Shown here in pieces: positions 1-21,050 of a stretch of 64,000 nucleotides of DNA. How positions within the stretch are numbered: position 1 is the first letter of the stretch; the number at the start of each line of letters is the position of its first letter. The notes under the pieces were generated by a model that saw nothing but the letters and a program-made list of their open reading frames with translations, did not search any database and had not been told where the DNA came from. Location: NCBI RefSeq assembly GCF_009914755.1, contig NC_060944.1, one strand, 5' to 3'. This DNA comes from the human T2T-CHM13v2.0 reference genome, Homo sapiens. The position numbers and the translations under genes are program-made.

Positions 1-23
1 GTGAGTAGGGAATAAGGGTCAGT

Positions 24-78
24 CAGTTCCTGGCACATGGTAGGTGCTCAGTAAAGGCTGGTGAATGAATAAATGAAA
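24..78 (+). mobile_element. L2 LINE 3' end fragment
   Basis: cctggcacatggtaggtgctcagtaaa...tgaatgaataaatgaa resembles the L2 3' terminus. Confidence 0.7.
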
Positions 79-900
79 AACACATATAAGTGAAACTTGA
101 TAAGGTTTAAAAATGGAGATCAAGTATTTATCACGGTGCCCTGCTCATCCATTTGTAAAATTATCATAAAATTTAAAGCTCTGTGTGATCTGTGTAGGAT
201 AATATAACATTTCTAAGTTAAAAGCATATATTATTACATAAGCCCTGCAGATTTGTTTAACTCTTGACTAGAAAGTCAACTAGTCTCTCTCAAAAGCCCC
301 TGGCTTTTTTTCCTTGAAAAGAAAACAAGTAGAGAAATGAACAGCTGTAAGGAGATATAGTGCTACTGAGAATAGAATGTTATTCCTACATTTCCCCATC
401 ATGAAGAAAGCATGTTCCTAGTGGAGTTGTTTCTTTTTTAGCAAATATTTCTGTAATAACCATGTATGCAATTATGGCTTTAAGGATACCCCTAAATTGC
501 TTTCAAAGCTATTTTCTTAAGAAAACTGTATTCCATATTTTAAGTATGTGAGGTTTTTTTCCTTCTTAAAAATAATACAATTGAGGGGCAAATTTAAATA
601 AATTGTAAAAAACAAAAAAACAGAGGTGTACCCCCATTTCTTCCTAGTATATTCAGTAGTTGTTGTTTTGTCCAGAATTTTCTTTTACAAATTGGAAAAT
701 ATTAGGGATTGTAAAATGCAGTATAAATAAGATGAGGAAGTGACCCTCAGACTAACACCATTTTAGAAGTTGAGTTTGAGGAAAAATGGTTAAAATAATA
801 TTGCATGTTTTCAGCCAATAATACCCAGAGAGCTGCTGCTCTGAGCCTAGGCCTGGAGGTGGTGCCTGGCGAGTTCTTGCTATCAGACAGTGTTTGAGTC

Positions 901-919
901 TACTGCCCTCTGGTGGCTA
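901..919 (-). promoter_or_regulatory. CTCF binding motif
   Basis: Reverse complement TAGCCACCAGAGGGCAGTA matches the core CCASYAGRKGGCRS at every position; lies in non-repeat sequence. Confidence 0.7.
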
Positions 920-1212
920 CTTGTTACACTTTCCTGAGCCTTACTGAGAAAAAGAATTTAAACGTACCAGATGTGTGTTAAACCTTTCTCATTTGTTCTT
1001 TGCAGAGTTCTGTGCCTACTCGAGGTAGAATTAAAAGTTCTCAGAGATTATTTTACTCAACTGAAATCCAAGGAGGTAATTTCTCTTAAGGTCACCACTG
1101 TTAGTTATATTCACTGCACATGAATTATATAATTTGAAATCTTTTTTCATTTATCCAGCTGGGTTGATTTCAGGCTAGAATACACACATGAATAGTGATG
1201 TCTAATTTTTTT

Positions 1213-1525
1213 TGCTGGGCTCAGTGGCTCATGCCTGTAATCCCAGCACTTTGGGAGGCTGAGGCAGGTGGATCACTTGAGATCAGGAGATCGAGACCAG
1301 ATTGGCCACCATGGTAAAAACCCTGTCTCTACTAAAAATACAAAAAATTATCTGGGCATAGTGGCACGCACCTGTAATCCCAGCTACTTGGGAGGCTGAG
1401 GCATGAGATTCACTTGAACCCAGAAGGTTGCAGTGAGCTGAGATCGAGCCACTGCACTCCAGCCTGGGAGACAGAGAGAGTGAGACTGTCTCAAAAACAA
1501 AAAAACAAAAAAGAAGAAAAGAAAA
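1213..1525 (+). mobile_element. Alu (S family)
   Basis: Full dimer, A tail, TSD agtgatgtct(a/g)attttt. Confidence 0.95.
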
Positions 1526-1645
1526 AGTGATGTCTGATTTTTCTTTATACGTTTGCCAATAAAAGTTGTGCTTTTTTTTTTTTTTGGCAAAGATAAGACC
1601 AAAGGATTTAAATTTTACTTTTTTGATGAAATTATAGTACCATTA

Positions 1646-1999
<354 letters not shown>

Positions 2000-2811
2000 C
2001 TAATAAGATGGCATGAAACTATTTCTCCTTGTTCTTCCCTGCTAAGCAACTATGAACCCTGGAAATGCAAGAGGCAACCAAAGGAGAACTTGGAGATTTA
2101 GTAAGAAGGTGAATTAGTTTGGGGCCCCAGGACTGGAGGAACAATATGGTGTCCGAGTGTCTTCTGTCCTCCTGCCCAACTGAAGAAGGTGACCCAGACC
2201 CAGTGCATCCTAACCTGCAACCTAGCAACAAGAAGGTGGCCCGGGACCTTCTCCCCAGGACTGACAGGTTATCTATCCAACATGACCAGGAAAGCCCAGC
2301 CCCCGGGAAAGGGAGATTAATAGGAGGCCACTAAGTAGCCAGAGGAAGTGCTCACCTTCAGAGGGCCTGGGACTTCCTTCCCCTGCTGAGTGAGAGCTCT
2401 GTGGCAAGCATGCACATGTGGGAGGATTCTGCCAGTTCAACAAATGATCTGGCCTGGGAAGCCTCTTTGTTCCCCTGGGCCAGAGCCTCCCTCCCCTGCC
2501 TACATTCACTGGGGAGCTGGGGGGCACTGGCAGAGGGGATCCCACTACCTCAGACAGCCCAACCCAGGGACCTTCTTCCTCCCAGGGAGCCTGAAACTTC
2601 CTTCCTCCCCTAGAGATTCCCATACTCTGAGCATGAGGCCTGGGAAAACATCTTCCATTCCTTCAGGCAGCACTAGCAGGAGCCTGTGGAAACTCAGCAG
2701 TTCCAGATAAACCAAACAGATCAAAAACAGCAAAAGCACTGAAAATTAAACTTTCATTGAAACCACAATCACAAAAGTAGGCCAGGACCTGCATGCTAAC
2801 ATAAAGGATTT

Positions 2812-3117
<306 letters not shown>

Positions 3118-3240
3118 TAAAAGATTTCAGTAGGACCAAAATTCTCTAAATGTAATAGACAAAATGTTTAGATACAACTAAAGATCACTTGTCATACCAA
3201 GAACCAAAAAATTACGACTTGAATGAAAAAAGACAGTCAT

Positions 3241-3936
3241 GGCTGAGCGCGGTGGCTCACGCCTGTACTCCCAGCACTTTGGGAGGCTGAGGCAGGTGGA
3301 TCACTTGAGGCCAGGAGTTTGAGACCACGTTGGATGATATAGTAAGACCCTGTCTCTACAAAAAATAAAAAAATTTGCCAGGCAGGGTGGCACGCACTTT
3401 TAGTCCTAGCTACTTGGGAGGCTGAGGCAAGAGGATCGCCTGATCCCAGGAGTTCAAAGCTGCAGTGGGCTGTGATTGTGCCACTATATGCCATCTTGAG
3501 CAACAGAGAAATACCTTATTTGACAAGGATTTTAAAGCAGCCATTATAAAAATGCCTGAACAATCAATTATAAGTTCTCTTGAAATAATGAAAAAACAGA
3601 AAATCTTAGCAAAGTTATAAAAAGAAGCAAGTCAGTTGGGCACAGTGGCTTCCACCTGTAATCCTAGCACTCTGGGAGGCTGAGGCAGTAGATGGCTTGA
3701 GCCCAGGAGTTCAAGACCAGTCTGGGTAACATGGCGAAACCTCGTCTCTACAAAAAATACAAAAATTAGCTGGGTGTGATGGGGCACTCATGTAGTCCCA
3801 GCTACTTCGGGAACTGAGCTGGGAGGATCGCTATTGTCCTGGAGGTCGAGGCTGCAGTGAGCCGTAATTGCACCACTGCACTCCAGCGTGGACCACAAAG
3901 CAAGACCCTGTCTCAAAAAAAAAAAAAAAAAAAAAA
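3241..3936 (+). mobile_element. Two AluJ-like elements (about 3241-3520 and 3635-3936)
   Basis: J-type right arm gaggctgcagtgagc / ggaggatcgc. Confidence 0.9.
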
Positions 3937-4164
3937 GGAAATGATATAAATGATAGAACTGAAAAATATAGCCAAACATTGATAAATTGGACCTCATAAA
4001 AATTAAAAACCTTTGCTTTGTGAAAGCCCATGTGAAGAGAATGAAAAGACAGGCCACAGACTGGGAGAAAATATTTGCAAATCCCATACCTGACAAAGAA
4101 CTAGTTTCTACAATATGTAAAGAACTCTCAAAACTCGACTCTCAAAAAAAAATGCAGTTCACTT

Positions 4165-5600
4165 TTACAGGTCAATACACAATTCAGTTTCTCCACATCC
4201 TTGCCAACAACACTTGTTATTTTCTGCTTTTTTGATAGTGACCATCCTAATGGGTGTGAGGTGATATCTCACTCTGGTTTTGACTTGCACTTTTCTGATG
4301 ATTGGTAACGTTGAACATATTTTCCACATGTTTATTGGCCATTTGCATACCATCTTTGAAGAAACATCTATTGAAATCCTTTGCCTATTTTTAAAATTGG
4401 GTTGATTTTTTTTGTTATTGAGTTGTAGGAGTTCTTTATGTATTCTAGATACTAACTTCTTATCAGATATGTGATTTGCAAATATTTTCTTCCTTTTTAT
4501 AGATGGCCTTTTCACTCTGTTGATTATGTCCTTTGATGTGCAAAAGTTTTTGAGTTTGTCCATTTTTGCTTTTGTTTCCTGTACTTTCGGTGTCATGTCT
4601 AAGAAATCATTGCCAAGTCTAATGTCATGAAGCTTTTCCTCTGTGCTTTCTTCTAGGAGTTTTATAGTTTTAGGGCTTATGTTTAGGTCTTTAATCCATT
4701 TTTGAATTAATTTTTGTATATTGTGTAAGATAAGGTTTTGAGTTTGTTCTTTTTATCTTTTTGTTTGTTTGTTTGTTTTTGTTTTTTTGAGACAGAGTCT
4801 CACTGTATCCCTCAGGCTGAAGTACAGTGGCATGATCTCGGCTTACTGCAACCTCTGCTTCCTGGGTTCAAGCGATTCTCATGCCTCAGTCCCCCAAATA
4901 GCTGGGATTACAGGTGTGTGCCACCACGCCTGGCTAATTTTTGAATTTTTAGTAGAGACAGAGTTTCACCATGTTGGCCAGGCTGGTCTCGAACTCCTGA
5001 CCTCAGGTTATCTGCCGTTTTCTTTTTTTTAAAAAAAAAAAAGAAAAAGAGTCTTGGTCTGTTGCCCAGGCTGGAGTCCAGTGGCATGATCCCGGCTCAC
5101 TGTAGCCTCTGGCTCCTGGGTTCAAGAGATTCATGTGCCTCAGCCTCCCGAGTAGCTGGGATTACAGGCGTGCGCCAATATGCCTGGCTGATTTTTTGTA
5201 TTTTTAGTAGAGACGGGGTTTCACCATGTTGGCCAGGCTGGTCTCGAACTCCCGATGTCAAGTGATCTGCCCACCTCGGCCTCCCAAACTGCTGAGATCA
5301 CAGGCATGAGCCACCACGCCTGGCCTCGACTTTGTTCTTTTGCATGTGGATATGCAGTTTTCCCCTCACCATTTGTTGGAGAGACCTTCTTTTCCCTATT
5401 GAGTAGTCTTGGCACCCTTGTCAAAGATCATTTGAGCATATACGTAAGGGTTTATTTCTGGGTCTTTGTCCTGTTCCATTGGTCCGTATGTCTGTCTTTA
5501 TGACAGTGCCACACTGTTTTGATTACTGTAGCTATGTTTTGAATCAGGAAGTGTGGGTCCTCCAACTTTTTTTTTCCTCGGAATTGTTTTTGCTATTTGG
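4165..5600 (-). mobile_element. L1M (L1MB-like) ORF2 3' part, interrupted by an Alu composite
   Basis: ORF 4165-4596 (-) MTPKVQETKAKMDK...RYHLTPIRM is L1 ORF2p C-terminal-like. Confidence 0.9.
4750..5325 (-). mobile_element. Alu composite: 5'-truncated Alu (4750-5016) plus full Alu (5049-5325) within one TSD
   Basis: TSD ttgagtttgttctttt (4738-4753) / tcgactttgttctttt (5326-5341). Confidence 0.9.
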
Positions 5601-6077
5601 AGGTCTGTATGTATTCTTTTTTGATGTACCTATAAATATATTTTAGTGTGGATAAATATGTGCATGTAAATTTATGTATTTTAGTGCATTTGTTTATGTA
5701 GAGATTTTAACAACAAAAAACCTGTAACAAAAACATGCTGTTCTGCAACTTGCCTTTTAAAATTCCACATTAGGCCAGGCACAGTGGCTCACGTTGTGGG
5801 TTTTTTTTGATGTATAGAGATTTTAGATTCCTATATAGTCAAGCTTATCAATCAATGCTTCTGCTTTAGCATAAAATTAGGAAAACCATTCTTGCTTTCC
5901 AAGATTATATAAATAGGCACCTCCATTTCTTAGTATTTTTAAAAGTTTAATTTTCAACTTTGAAGTCTTTATTTTAGGGTAAAGTATGAAACAAGATGAT
6001 AGCTCTATTGTTTTCCAAATGGAAGCCAGTTGTCTCAATGTTATTTATTTAATCATTGTATTCCTTTCTCTCTGGTA

Positions 6078-6376
<299 letters not shown>

Positions 6377-6439
6377 TAGATGTTCCCCTCACTTAAAAAA
6401 AAAAATCACGTTCTACATTTTCTGATTGTTTGTTTGTTT

Positions 6440-6650
6440 TGGAGCCTGACTGGTCTGAGTTTTCACCTTGATTCTATAGCTAGCTAAACATGCTAGCTTT
6501 CTGACCTTGAGCAAGTGACTGCACTTCACTCTTTCTTAGTTTCCTCATCTATAAGATGAGCACAATAACACTATCTGCTTCATAGGTTGTCATGAGGATT
6601 GAGTGAGACACCTGGAGCTGAGTAGACTTAGCAAAGGCTAGCTGTCATTA
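6440..6650 (+). mobile_element. MIR
   Basis: Core gaccttgagcaagt...agtttcctcatctataagatg. Confidence 0.8.
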
Positions 6651-7307
6651 CCACCACTGCTGTCACAACTAGTGCTGCTACTGGGGTTGGTTTCTGGATT
6701 CACTTCTTTCTTGAGTTCCTTTCAGGAGTCTAAGACTTCCACTTCTTTATGTTGCTCAGTACGAGGCAAAAAAGTGACTTTTCCTGGGACAGGCCCCTTA
6801 CAGAGAAGTTATTCGGATTAACACTGACCAAAAGTATCTATAGAATTACTTCTTAGCATTTGCTATGAAAATATATATTTTCTGCTAACTTTGGATATAA
6901 TTTTAGGCAAATTATTGCATCCTGTTCTTATATAATCTCTTCATTGTGAGTGTCACGTATATTTGTCAACAGATGCCTTCTTATTTGCAAAGTGCTTTGA
7001 TTTGTATTTGAAAGGTGTTCCTATGTTGTATTCTACAAATAGTCTTATGATGAAGGATCCCTGTTAATCTGGGGTGTCTTTAAGCAAAGCCATGTTTGTG
7101 AGACTGTATTAGATACTATGTTTATTAGACGTCTAATCAGTGAAATGAATGAGACCATTTTTAAAATTGTTTTCTCTGTACCGTGCTACAGATTGAGGGT
7201 GATATAAATCAGTGAGAACACAGGATTCCTGTGCTCATGGAGTTGATCGTCTAGTTGGGAAAATAAGATATGTAAACTTATTTGTTTACATATGTAAACA
7301 AAGTGAT

Positions 7308-8365
<1,058 letters not shown>

Positions 8366-8877
8366 TATCATCTATTCCGGAACAGTAGATATCTACTTAT
8401 TTCTCCACATCAGAATTCTCTATGTAAAGATTAGCTGTTGAAGCTATTACATTCTGGGTGGTGCTAGAAATCATTACTTAAGGAATAGAAATTAGAATGT
8501 TGTTATACATTTACCAAAGCAAAAGAGCAATAATCCAAATTTTAATCAGATCTTAGAGGAAACATTTTTATAGCTGTTTATTACAAGACCTCAGAGTTTT
8601 CTTACTGTGAGCACTCTCAAAATTATCTAAAGTATTTTTTTAATTGAACTATTGGTCATAGTTATTAATGTTATTAATATATTACTATAAAAAGGCATAG
8701 AAAAATCATAATAAGAAACAGATAATTGCTAAACTATGATTTGAGTTGCCCCTCTAGAGTTTTTTCTTTTGTGGTCTATGTGAAAGGCACCCTATGGTTT
8801 TCCATTGCTTTATCTCTTTTTTAAAACCCATAGCGAATTCCCTAAATTTGAATTTGAAACATTTTCAGCGTGAGTTA

Positions 8878-9925
<1,048 letters not shown>

Positions 9926-10655
9926 ATATGTGTGAAGTCCCATATAGTCCCAGTCCCAGCACACTGTCCCTACTTACTTACTAGACACAGTATTATAGTA
10001 TCTGTGACAGTGATGGGCATGTAAAATTGTATGTTTAGTCAAATCATATTTGACTGGAGACATGTCTAACTTGTTTAATAAGTCACATTTATAATGCCTT
10101 TGCTAATCATGAACATCCAGTCACTTGATTTCACTGATACCTGCAGTCCTAGGCTTGCCAGTGTCCCAGGCCTCTTTGTTCACTATTTCCTGGGCTACTG
10201 CTTAGGCTCTATGCCTATTATACATGTAGATATGACCCTCTGTTCTCTGTCATCAACAGCAGTTGAATCAGAGGCCTTGTTTTGGTTATCTCTTCCTGCC
10301 TAACTACCCCAAAATTTAGTGGTGTGGAACAACAACCATTATGTTCTCTCTCACAATTTTGTGGGTTGATGTGCTTCAGCTGAGTGGTTCTTATGGTCCA
10401 TGTGATATTGGCTGGAGCTGCAGTCACTTGGGGGCTTGAATGGTCTGGAATGTTCAAGGCTGCTCATTCACATGGCTGATAGTTGATGCTAGTCATCAGC
10501 TGGGAGCCCAGCTGGGCTGTCAGCTGAAGTGGCCACCTGTGGTCTCTCCATGCCCATGTGGCTCAGGCTTCTGACAACATGGTGGCTGAGTTCTGAGAGG
10601 GGAAGTCGCAAGAGTGAGCCTTCCAAGAGAAGAAAAGTAGAAACTCTCAGTTCTC

Positions 10656-11220
<565 letters not shown>

Positions 11221-11246
11221 CTCAGTTCTCTTAAAAACTAGCCTCA

Positions 11247-11560
11247 GCCAGTTGTGGGGGCTCATGCCTGTAATCCCCACACTTTGGAAGGCCAAGGTGG
11301 GTGGATCGCTTGAGCCCAGGAGTTTGAGACCATTTGTGAGTCTCTACATGGCAACATGGCAAAACCCCGTCTCTACAAAAAAATACAAATACAAAAATTA
11401 GCCAGGCATGGTGGCGTTCACTTGTAGTCCTAGCTACTCAGGAGGCTGAGGTGGGAGGATCACCTGAGCCTGGGAGGCGGAGGTTGCAGTGAGTCGTGAT
11501 CGCACCACTGCACTCTAGCCTGGATGACTGAGCGAGACTCTGTCTCAGAAAAAAAAAAAA
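11247..11560 (+). mobile_element. AluJ
   Basis: TSD ttaaa(aa/gg)ctagcctca. Confidence 0.9.
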
Positions 11561-11589
11561 ATTAAAGGCTAGCCTCACTTCTGTTGCAT

Positions 11590-11951
11590 TCCCTCCCCTC
11601 CCCTCCCCTATTCTCTCTCTCTCGCTCTCTCTCTTTCTTGCTTTCTTTCTCTCTTTCTTTTTGAGCCAGGGTCTCACTTTGTCCCTGAGGCTGTAGTGCA
11701 TTGGCACCATCTTGGCTCACTGCGGCCTCAACTTCCCGGGTTCAAACAATCCTCCTATCTTGGCCCCCCAAGTAGCTGAGACTACAGACATGCACCACCA
11801 TGCCTGGCTAATTTTTTTTTTTTTTTTTTTTGGAGAGACAGGGTTTTGCCATGTTGCCCAGGCTGGTCTCAAAACTCCTGAGCTCAAGCAATCTGCTCAC
11901 CTTGGCCTCCCAAAGTGCTGGGATTACAGGTGTGAGCCACCGCGCCCAGCC
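11590..11951 (-). mobile_element. AluJ with CT-rich tail
   Basis: Dimer; TSD cttctgtt. Confidence 0.9.
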
Positions 11952-12340
11952 TTCTGTTATCACAAGCCAGCTCAAATTCAAAGAGTGAAGGAATTGACTC
12001 AGCTCTTGATGAGAGATTGGCATGTGCATATAGGGAATGGCCTTCTTACTATAGGGTCAGTACCATATTCCTTTCAAATTGCCTTCATGAAGTGTAAGTC
12101 TTTTTAAAAGGATACTTACAAACTCAAGATTCATACCCTAGAAGTAATTCTGGAAAAGGTGGTAAGATATCATTGACCTAAACATGAGAACCTGGAATGA
12201 TTTGTCTTGGATCCAGTTGTATGGCATTGGAACCATACTTGTGTCAGTACATAAACATGAAAGAGCTAATCTCTTTTGAATGGAAAATGTGGCCCAATTC
12301 TGTAAGAAAGGGTTTAAGGCCATACGTGATTATTGCTAGA

Positions 12341-12553
12341 GCAGTTGTTCTCAAATGAAGGTGATTTTGTCCTTCAGGGGGTATTTGGCAATGTCTGGAG
12401 ACATTTTTGGTTGTTGCAACTGGGTAGGGGGCAGTGCTACTGGCATGTAGTGCATAAAGGCCAGAGATGAAGCTAAGCATGATACAATGCACAGTGCAGC
12501 CCTCTCCCACAACAAAGAATTGCAGCCCAAACATGTCAATAGTTTCAAGGCTG
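12341..12553 (+). mobile_element. MER20 (hAT-Charlie)
   Basis: ggcaatgtctggagacatttttggttg...gtgctactggcat...ccacaacaaagaatt matches remembered MER20 consensus. Confidence 0.9.
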
Positions 12554-12729
12554 CCTGAGCTACAGCAAAGATTCTTCCCATGCTGTCTTGGAAGTTCATA
12601 CAAAGCACATTGCTTTTTATACTCCAAGACATCATTTGTGCCTTTTTTCCTATAAAAAACTTTTCTATCTGTATATTTCCAAATTCAAATTGTGAGATTT
12701 CTTTAAAGGCTCTTTACAACTTCTATTTA

Positions 12730-13045
<316 letters not shown>

Positions 13046-13269
13046 TTTATGTACAGAGGTTGGATCAAGGTGACTTGTAGGGCACACCAGTTCCATCCCT
13101 TTTCTCCTACCTCAAACTCTAAGAGATGACAAGAAAAAAATTACATCTGTGTATAAATCCATCTTTATCTGTATCTATACCTGTGTGTGTGTGTGTGTGT
13201 CTATATCTCCTGAAAAGGAAGAAGAGGTGATGACTATGGATCAGAAATTTTGAGCATCATTAAAAGGCT

Positions 13270-13900
<631 letters not shown>

Positions 13901-14679
13901 AATGGAAAATGTTTGACATATGGCTTGATTAACTCCTTCAAAGGCCAGGACAGATGGGCTCTACTGGAAGGAAGAAGCCACAGCTCAAGTGTGCACAGGG
14001 CAGGGCTCCTCTGGAAGATGGGAGTGGCTCCTGAAGATATAGCAGGGAGGAGAGGACCCTGTACAAAAGACAGAGTAATTTATTAGAGTACTCTCACAGG
14101 AATAACCTGGGAGATTGATTCCCCCGCCCCCCGTATCCCATAGATGGGAAAATTAGGAGGAGTGCTCTATTTTAACATTTGGAAATGTCTTAACATTTGA
14201 TCTTTAATGTGCTATGGAAGTTACATAAGTCTCCACTATAAAGTTCCATGTTCAAAAGCATTGTGCCTAGTACTGTGTGTGCTACATTGGATGTTCTCAG
14301 TGGGTACTCATTGAATTGAATGATGGTTCTAAACTTACCACAGGAAAAATGCATACACTGTTTTTAAAAATTATCATTGTTATTATTATACCATTATTCT
14401 ATCTTACAGAGAAGTTTGGATTTGGAAACAAGTTAGAGTCCTGTGAGGGCCTTTTAAGGAATTTCTCCTGCCCAGGAAGCTGCCAGGATCCAAAGAAAAA
14501 GCATGTCCAGATCCCAACTTCCCTTGTATTGCTGCTTATTTTTCCTTGCAATTTCCCTGACCCAGCCACCATGCTTGCTCTTTGCACCTTCTCAGCTTTG
14601 TGAAAGGATGTCCTTGGTCCTCCAGGCCCTGCTTTCCTGTTGGTGGCCTCTATCTGGATTGGGTCTCTTGAGACACTGT

Positions 14680-14900
14680 TAGGGGTCAGACTTCCTGGGG
14701 CCAGATCTGCTACCCACTAGCTCTGTGACTTTGGGCAAGCTTCTTAATCCTTCTGGGCCACACTTTCCTCATTTGGAAACTTTGAATAATACTAGTACGT
14801 ACATCATAAGGTACTAGGGTTAGTATGAGATGCAGTGATACTTACAAAGTGGTTAGAGCAGTACCTGGTGCTTTGTAAGTGTCTGATCCATGTTAGCCAT
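14680..14900 (+). mobile_element. MIR
   Basis: ctagctctgtgactttgggcaag...tttcctcatttg core. Confidence 0.8.
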
Positions 14901-14939
14901 CGATGTCATCACCACCTCTCCTCCAAGCTATATCCATGT

Positions 14940-15909
<970 letters not shown>

Positions 15910-15924
15910 TAAAAAAAAACAAGG

Positions 15925-16598
<674 letters not shown>

Positions 16599-16750
16599 TA
16601 CTTACTATATATATATAGTAACTTACTATAGGTCTTTGTATATATATATAGTTACTGTAAGACATTTGTATATCGCAAAAAAAAACTATATATATATATA
16701 CAGTTACTGTAAGACATTAGTATAGTGTAAAAAAAAACTAGAAAAAAAAA
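16599..16750. repeat. AT-rich palindromic and tandem-duplicated tract
   Basis: 20-bp palindrome 16602-16621 and two ~50-bp copies containing agttactgtaagacatt. Confidence 0.85.
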
Positions 16751-17504
16751 CCAAAAAACAAACAAGAAAATCTAGCTCCTGTGTGTTTTTTACATGACCT
16801 TGTGGCACCTGCAGGCTAATTTTGTTTGTTCAGGTTTTGCCACATCCTGTGATCGTTCATTATCTTTGACTTGATATGTGACCGTACAAGAACATTTCAG
16901 TTATGGCCTAACATAATATGTGCTCTAAAAATTCCATTGCAGAAATCATACTTGATGAAGGTGGCCGTCATTCATTTTTGTCACCTAATCATGAATGCCA
17001 GTGCCACTTTCCATTTCAGGACTGGCATGGAAAGTTATGCCTGTGCATCAAACAAAAGTTTGCATGAAGAAGGAGCCTCTTGTTCAATTTTGCATGAGAT
17101 GTTTCCTATTGACTTTGAAAACTTGAAGTGTTTGAAGGCAAGGGGGAAAGCAAATCAACCCAAGAGATTCCACATATTCAAAGACTCCAGCACTTTGTTT
17201 ACCTAACACAGAACTGTGTGCTGGTGGCGAAATAAAGCCTTTGCCCTGAACAGGAAATCTTGGTGGAGTCCAGGCAGCAGGAGGCCTGGCAGCATTCCAC
17301 AGTGATCAGCTGAAGGAAAAACAAGAGTTTACAATACTAACCCCAAATGCCCTTTTTGTCTCCCAGGAGAATAATACTATCTTGGCCTAGGAGGGTTGTG
17401 CCTTCATGCTCAACTCTTGGTCTAACAGTCATGAAGCTGCAGTAACATTCTGTTTTCCCCTCCTTAATCTTCTTTATCAAAGTCTTAATCCTTTGCTGCT
17501 GTTG

Positions 17505-18500
<996 letters not shown>

Positions 18501-19619
18501 CTTTATAATTTTTTACTTGGCGTTTCTTTATCTGTTTTATGGGGACAATAATATCTACCTGATGGGTGGACACATAGTAGCTGACATAAGTGAGAATCTC
18601 CACCCACAAACTTTAAAACTGTTGCTTACGCATCATGCTATTGGTCCACAGTATATGGATTTGTGGATCGTGTCTTCTTCCTTCCATTTGAAAACTAGAA
18701 CATTTGCTTATCTCCCGTCCCTCTATCACTTACCCCATCCTTTGTGATGGTTTTGAAGCACTGATCATTTTCCTGTATTACTGTGGGGAAGTGGATTATC
18801 TGCAATACATGCCTTGTGTTCATTTCCTCTCCTACCAGTCAGGCATGCAGTTTTGATAAACTACCTCCCAAGTTCTGAAGGAATTAGGCTTAACCTAAAA
18901 TAAACAAAACAATAGAATTTTGATAGAAGTGGAACAGAGGCCTGCAGTGTTGTCCCAGGAGCTGTTGAGGGCAGTGGCGCCTGCTTCTGGCCATGGACAG
19001 AGAGATTCAGCATCACCATGTCATCGCAGAATGAAGGGAGAGTTGGCTTTGTTAACCACCTTGGCTGCCCGTGATGCACTGATCAGTTAAGATACCAACA
19101 TTTCTTATTTACATCCTGTGTTGTTGTTTCTCCGCACCCAAGGGATGTGAACAGAGTGGTGGCAGTGATGGTTGCCAGCCCTCTGTCACCACCCTCTCCA
19201 CTAGAATGCCATGTATTATGTATTTCCACTGAAGGACTTGATTTTAGCACCGAAGAGTGAGTGAGTGGTCGTGTAACCTGTACCTGCAATCTTGGCCTTG
19301 AATTCTCATTTTATTCCTCAATGCACTGGCTTAGAAATCAGCTGGCTGGTAGCTGTGAGCCAGGCCCATGCCCACTGCTTTCAGCTGGAGCCCTGCAGGG
19401 CTTTGCCCTCCTGGGTGGCCTTTGCCTGGTACGCCTCTCTTGTGCTGGGCTGAGGGCAGCTCTTGGTTATGTACGATTAGCTCAAATTGTGATTCAAAAT
19501 TGGCACAATTATATCATCCTAATTAAAAAAATAAACCTGAAAATGTAGTATAAATTCCTAACTTCTGAAAATTCCTCGTAATACCCATCCCAGTTTTCAA
19601 AGCAGTTTCATAAGTTACT

Positions 19620-19980
19620 ATTTATTTTTTCCTTCTTTTCTTTTCATTCCTTCCTTCTTCCTTCCTTCCTTTCCTTCCTTCTTTCCTTCTTTTCTTTCTC
19701 TCTCTTTCTTCCTCTTTCTCTTTTTTCCTTTTTTTTGAATTGGGGATCTTGCTCTCTTTTGATAATGCGATCATATCTCACTGCAGCCTTGAACTCCTGG
19801 GCTCAAGCCATCCTCCTGCCTCAGTCTCCTGTGTAGCTGGGACTACAGGTGTGTTCCACCATGCTTGGCTAAGTTTTTACATTTTTTTGTAGAGTTGAGG
19901 TCTCGTCATGTTGCCCAGGCTGGTTGCAAACTTCCAGGCTAAAGTGATCTCCCACCTCAGCCTCCTGAGTCACTGGGACA
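19620..19980 (-). mobile_element. AluJ with long CT-rich tail
   Basis: About 110-nt pyrimidine tract followed by J-type Alu sequence. Confidence 0.85.
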
Positions 19981-20283
19981 TATTTCTGTGGAATCTCCCA
20001 GTTTGGCAAAACATTAACCCTAGAATTACTTTAACATTGTTGGAAAAGAGGTACCCCTTCGACTTCCTTTTGGAGAATATAGCCTCAGAATTTATGCTCC
20101 CTAGAAACCAGAAGTGATTTCAAGCAATGAGCTAGAAAGAGGAAATCTCTCTTCTTTTTGTAGACTTACTGCTACTAGTCTTTGGAGGAAGGTCCCCAGG
20201 TGGGTATATGTATCATTGTTGTGACACTTGTGATAAGGTTAGCCTATTTTTAATGATAAAGCACTAATCATCCTTTTCTTTTA

Positions 20284-21050
<767 letters not shown>

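Noticed and set aside
1-6. GTGAGT at the window start as a real splice donor
   Set aside because: The exon side is outside the window and an L2 remnant follows; it cannot be distinguished from chance.
3978-4560. Inverted homologous L1 ORF2 segments as a twin-priming inversion
   Set aside because: The two pieces overlap in L1 coordinates and differ substantially, which fits two separate old insertions better.
19153-19197. Hairpin (TGGTGGCAG / CTGTCACCA) as a pre-miRNA
   Set aside because: The stem is short and bulged and matches no miRNA I recognise.
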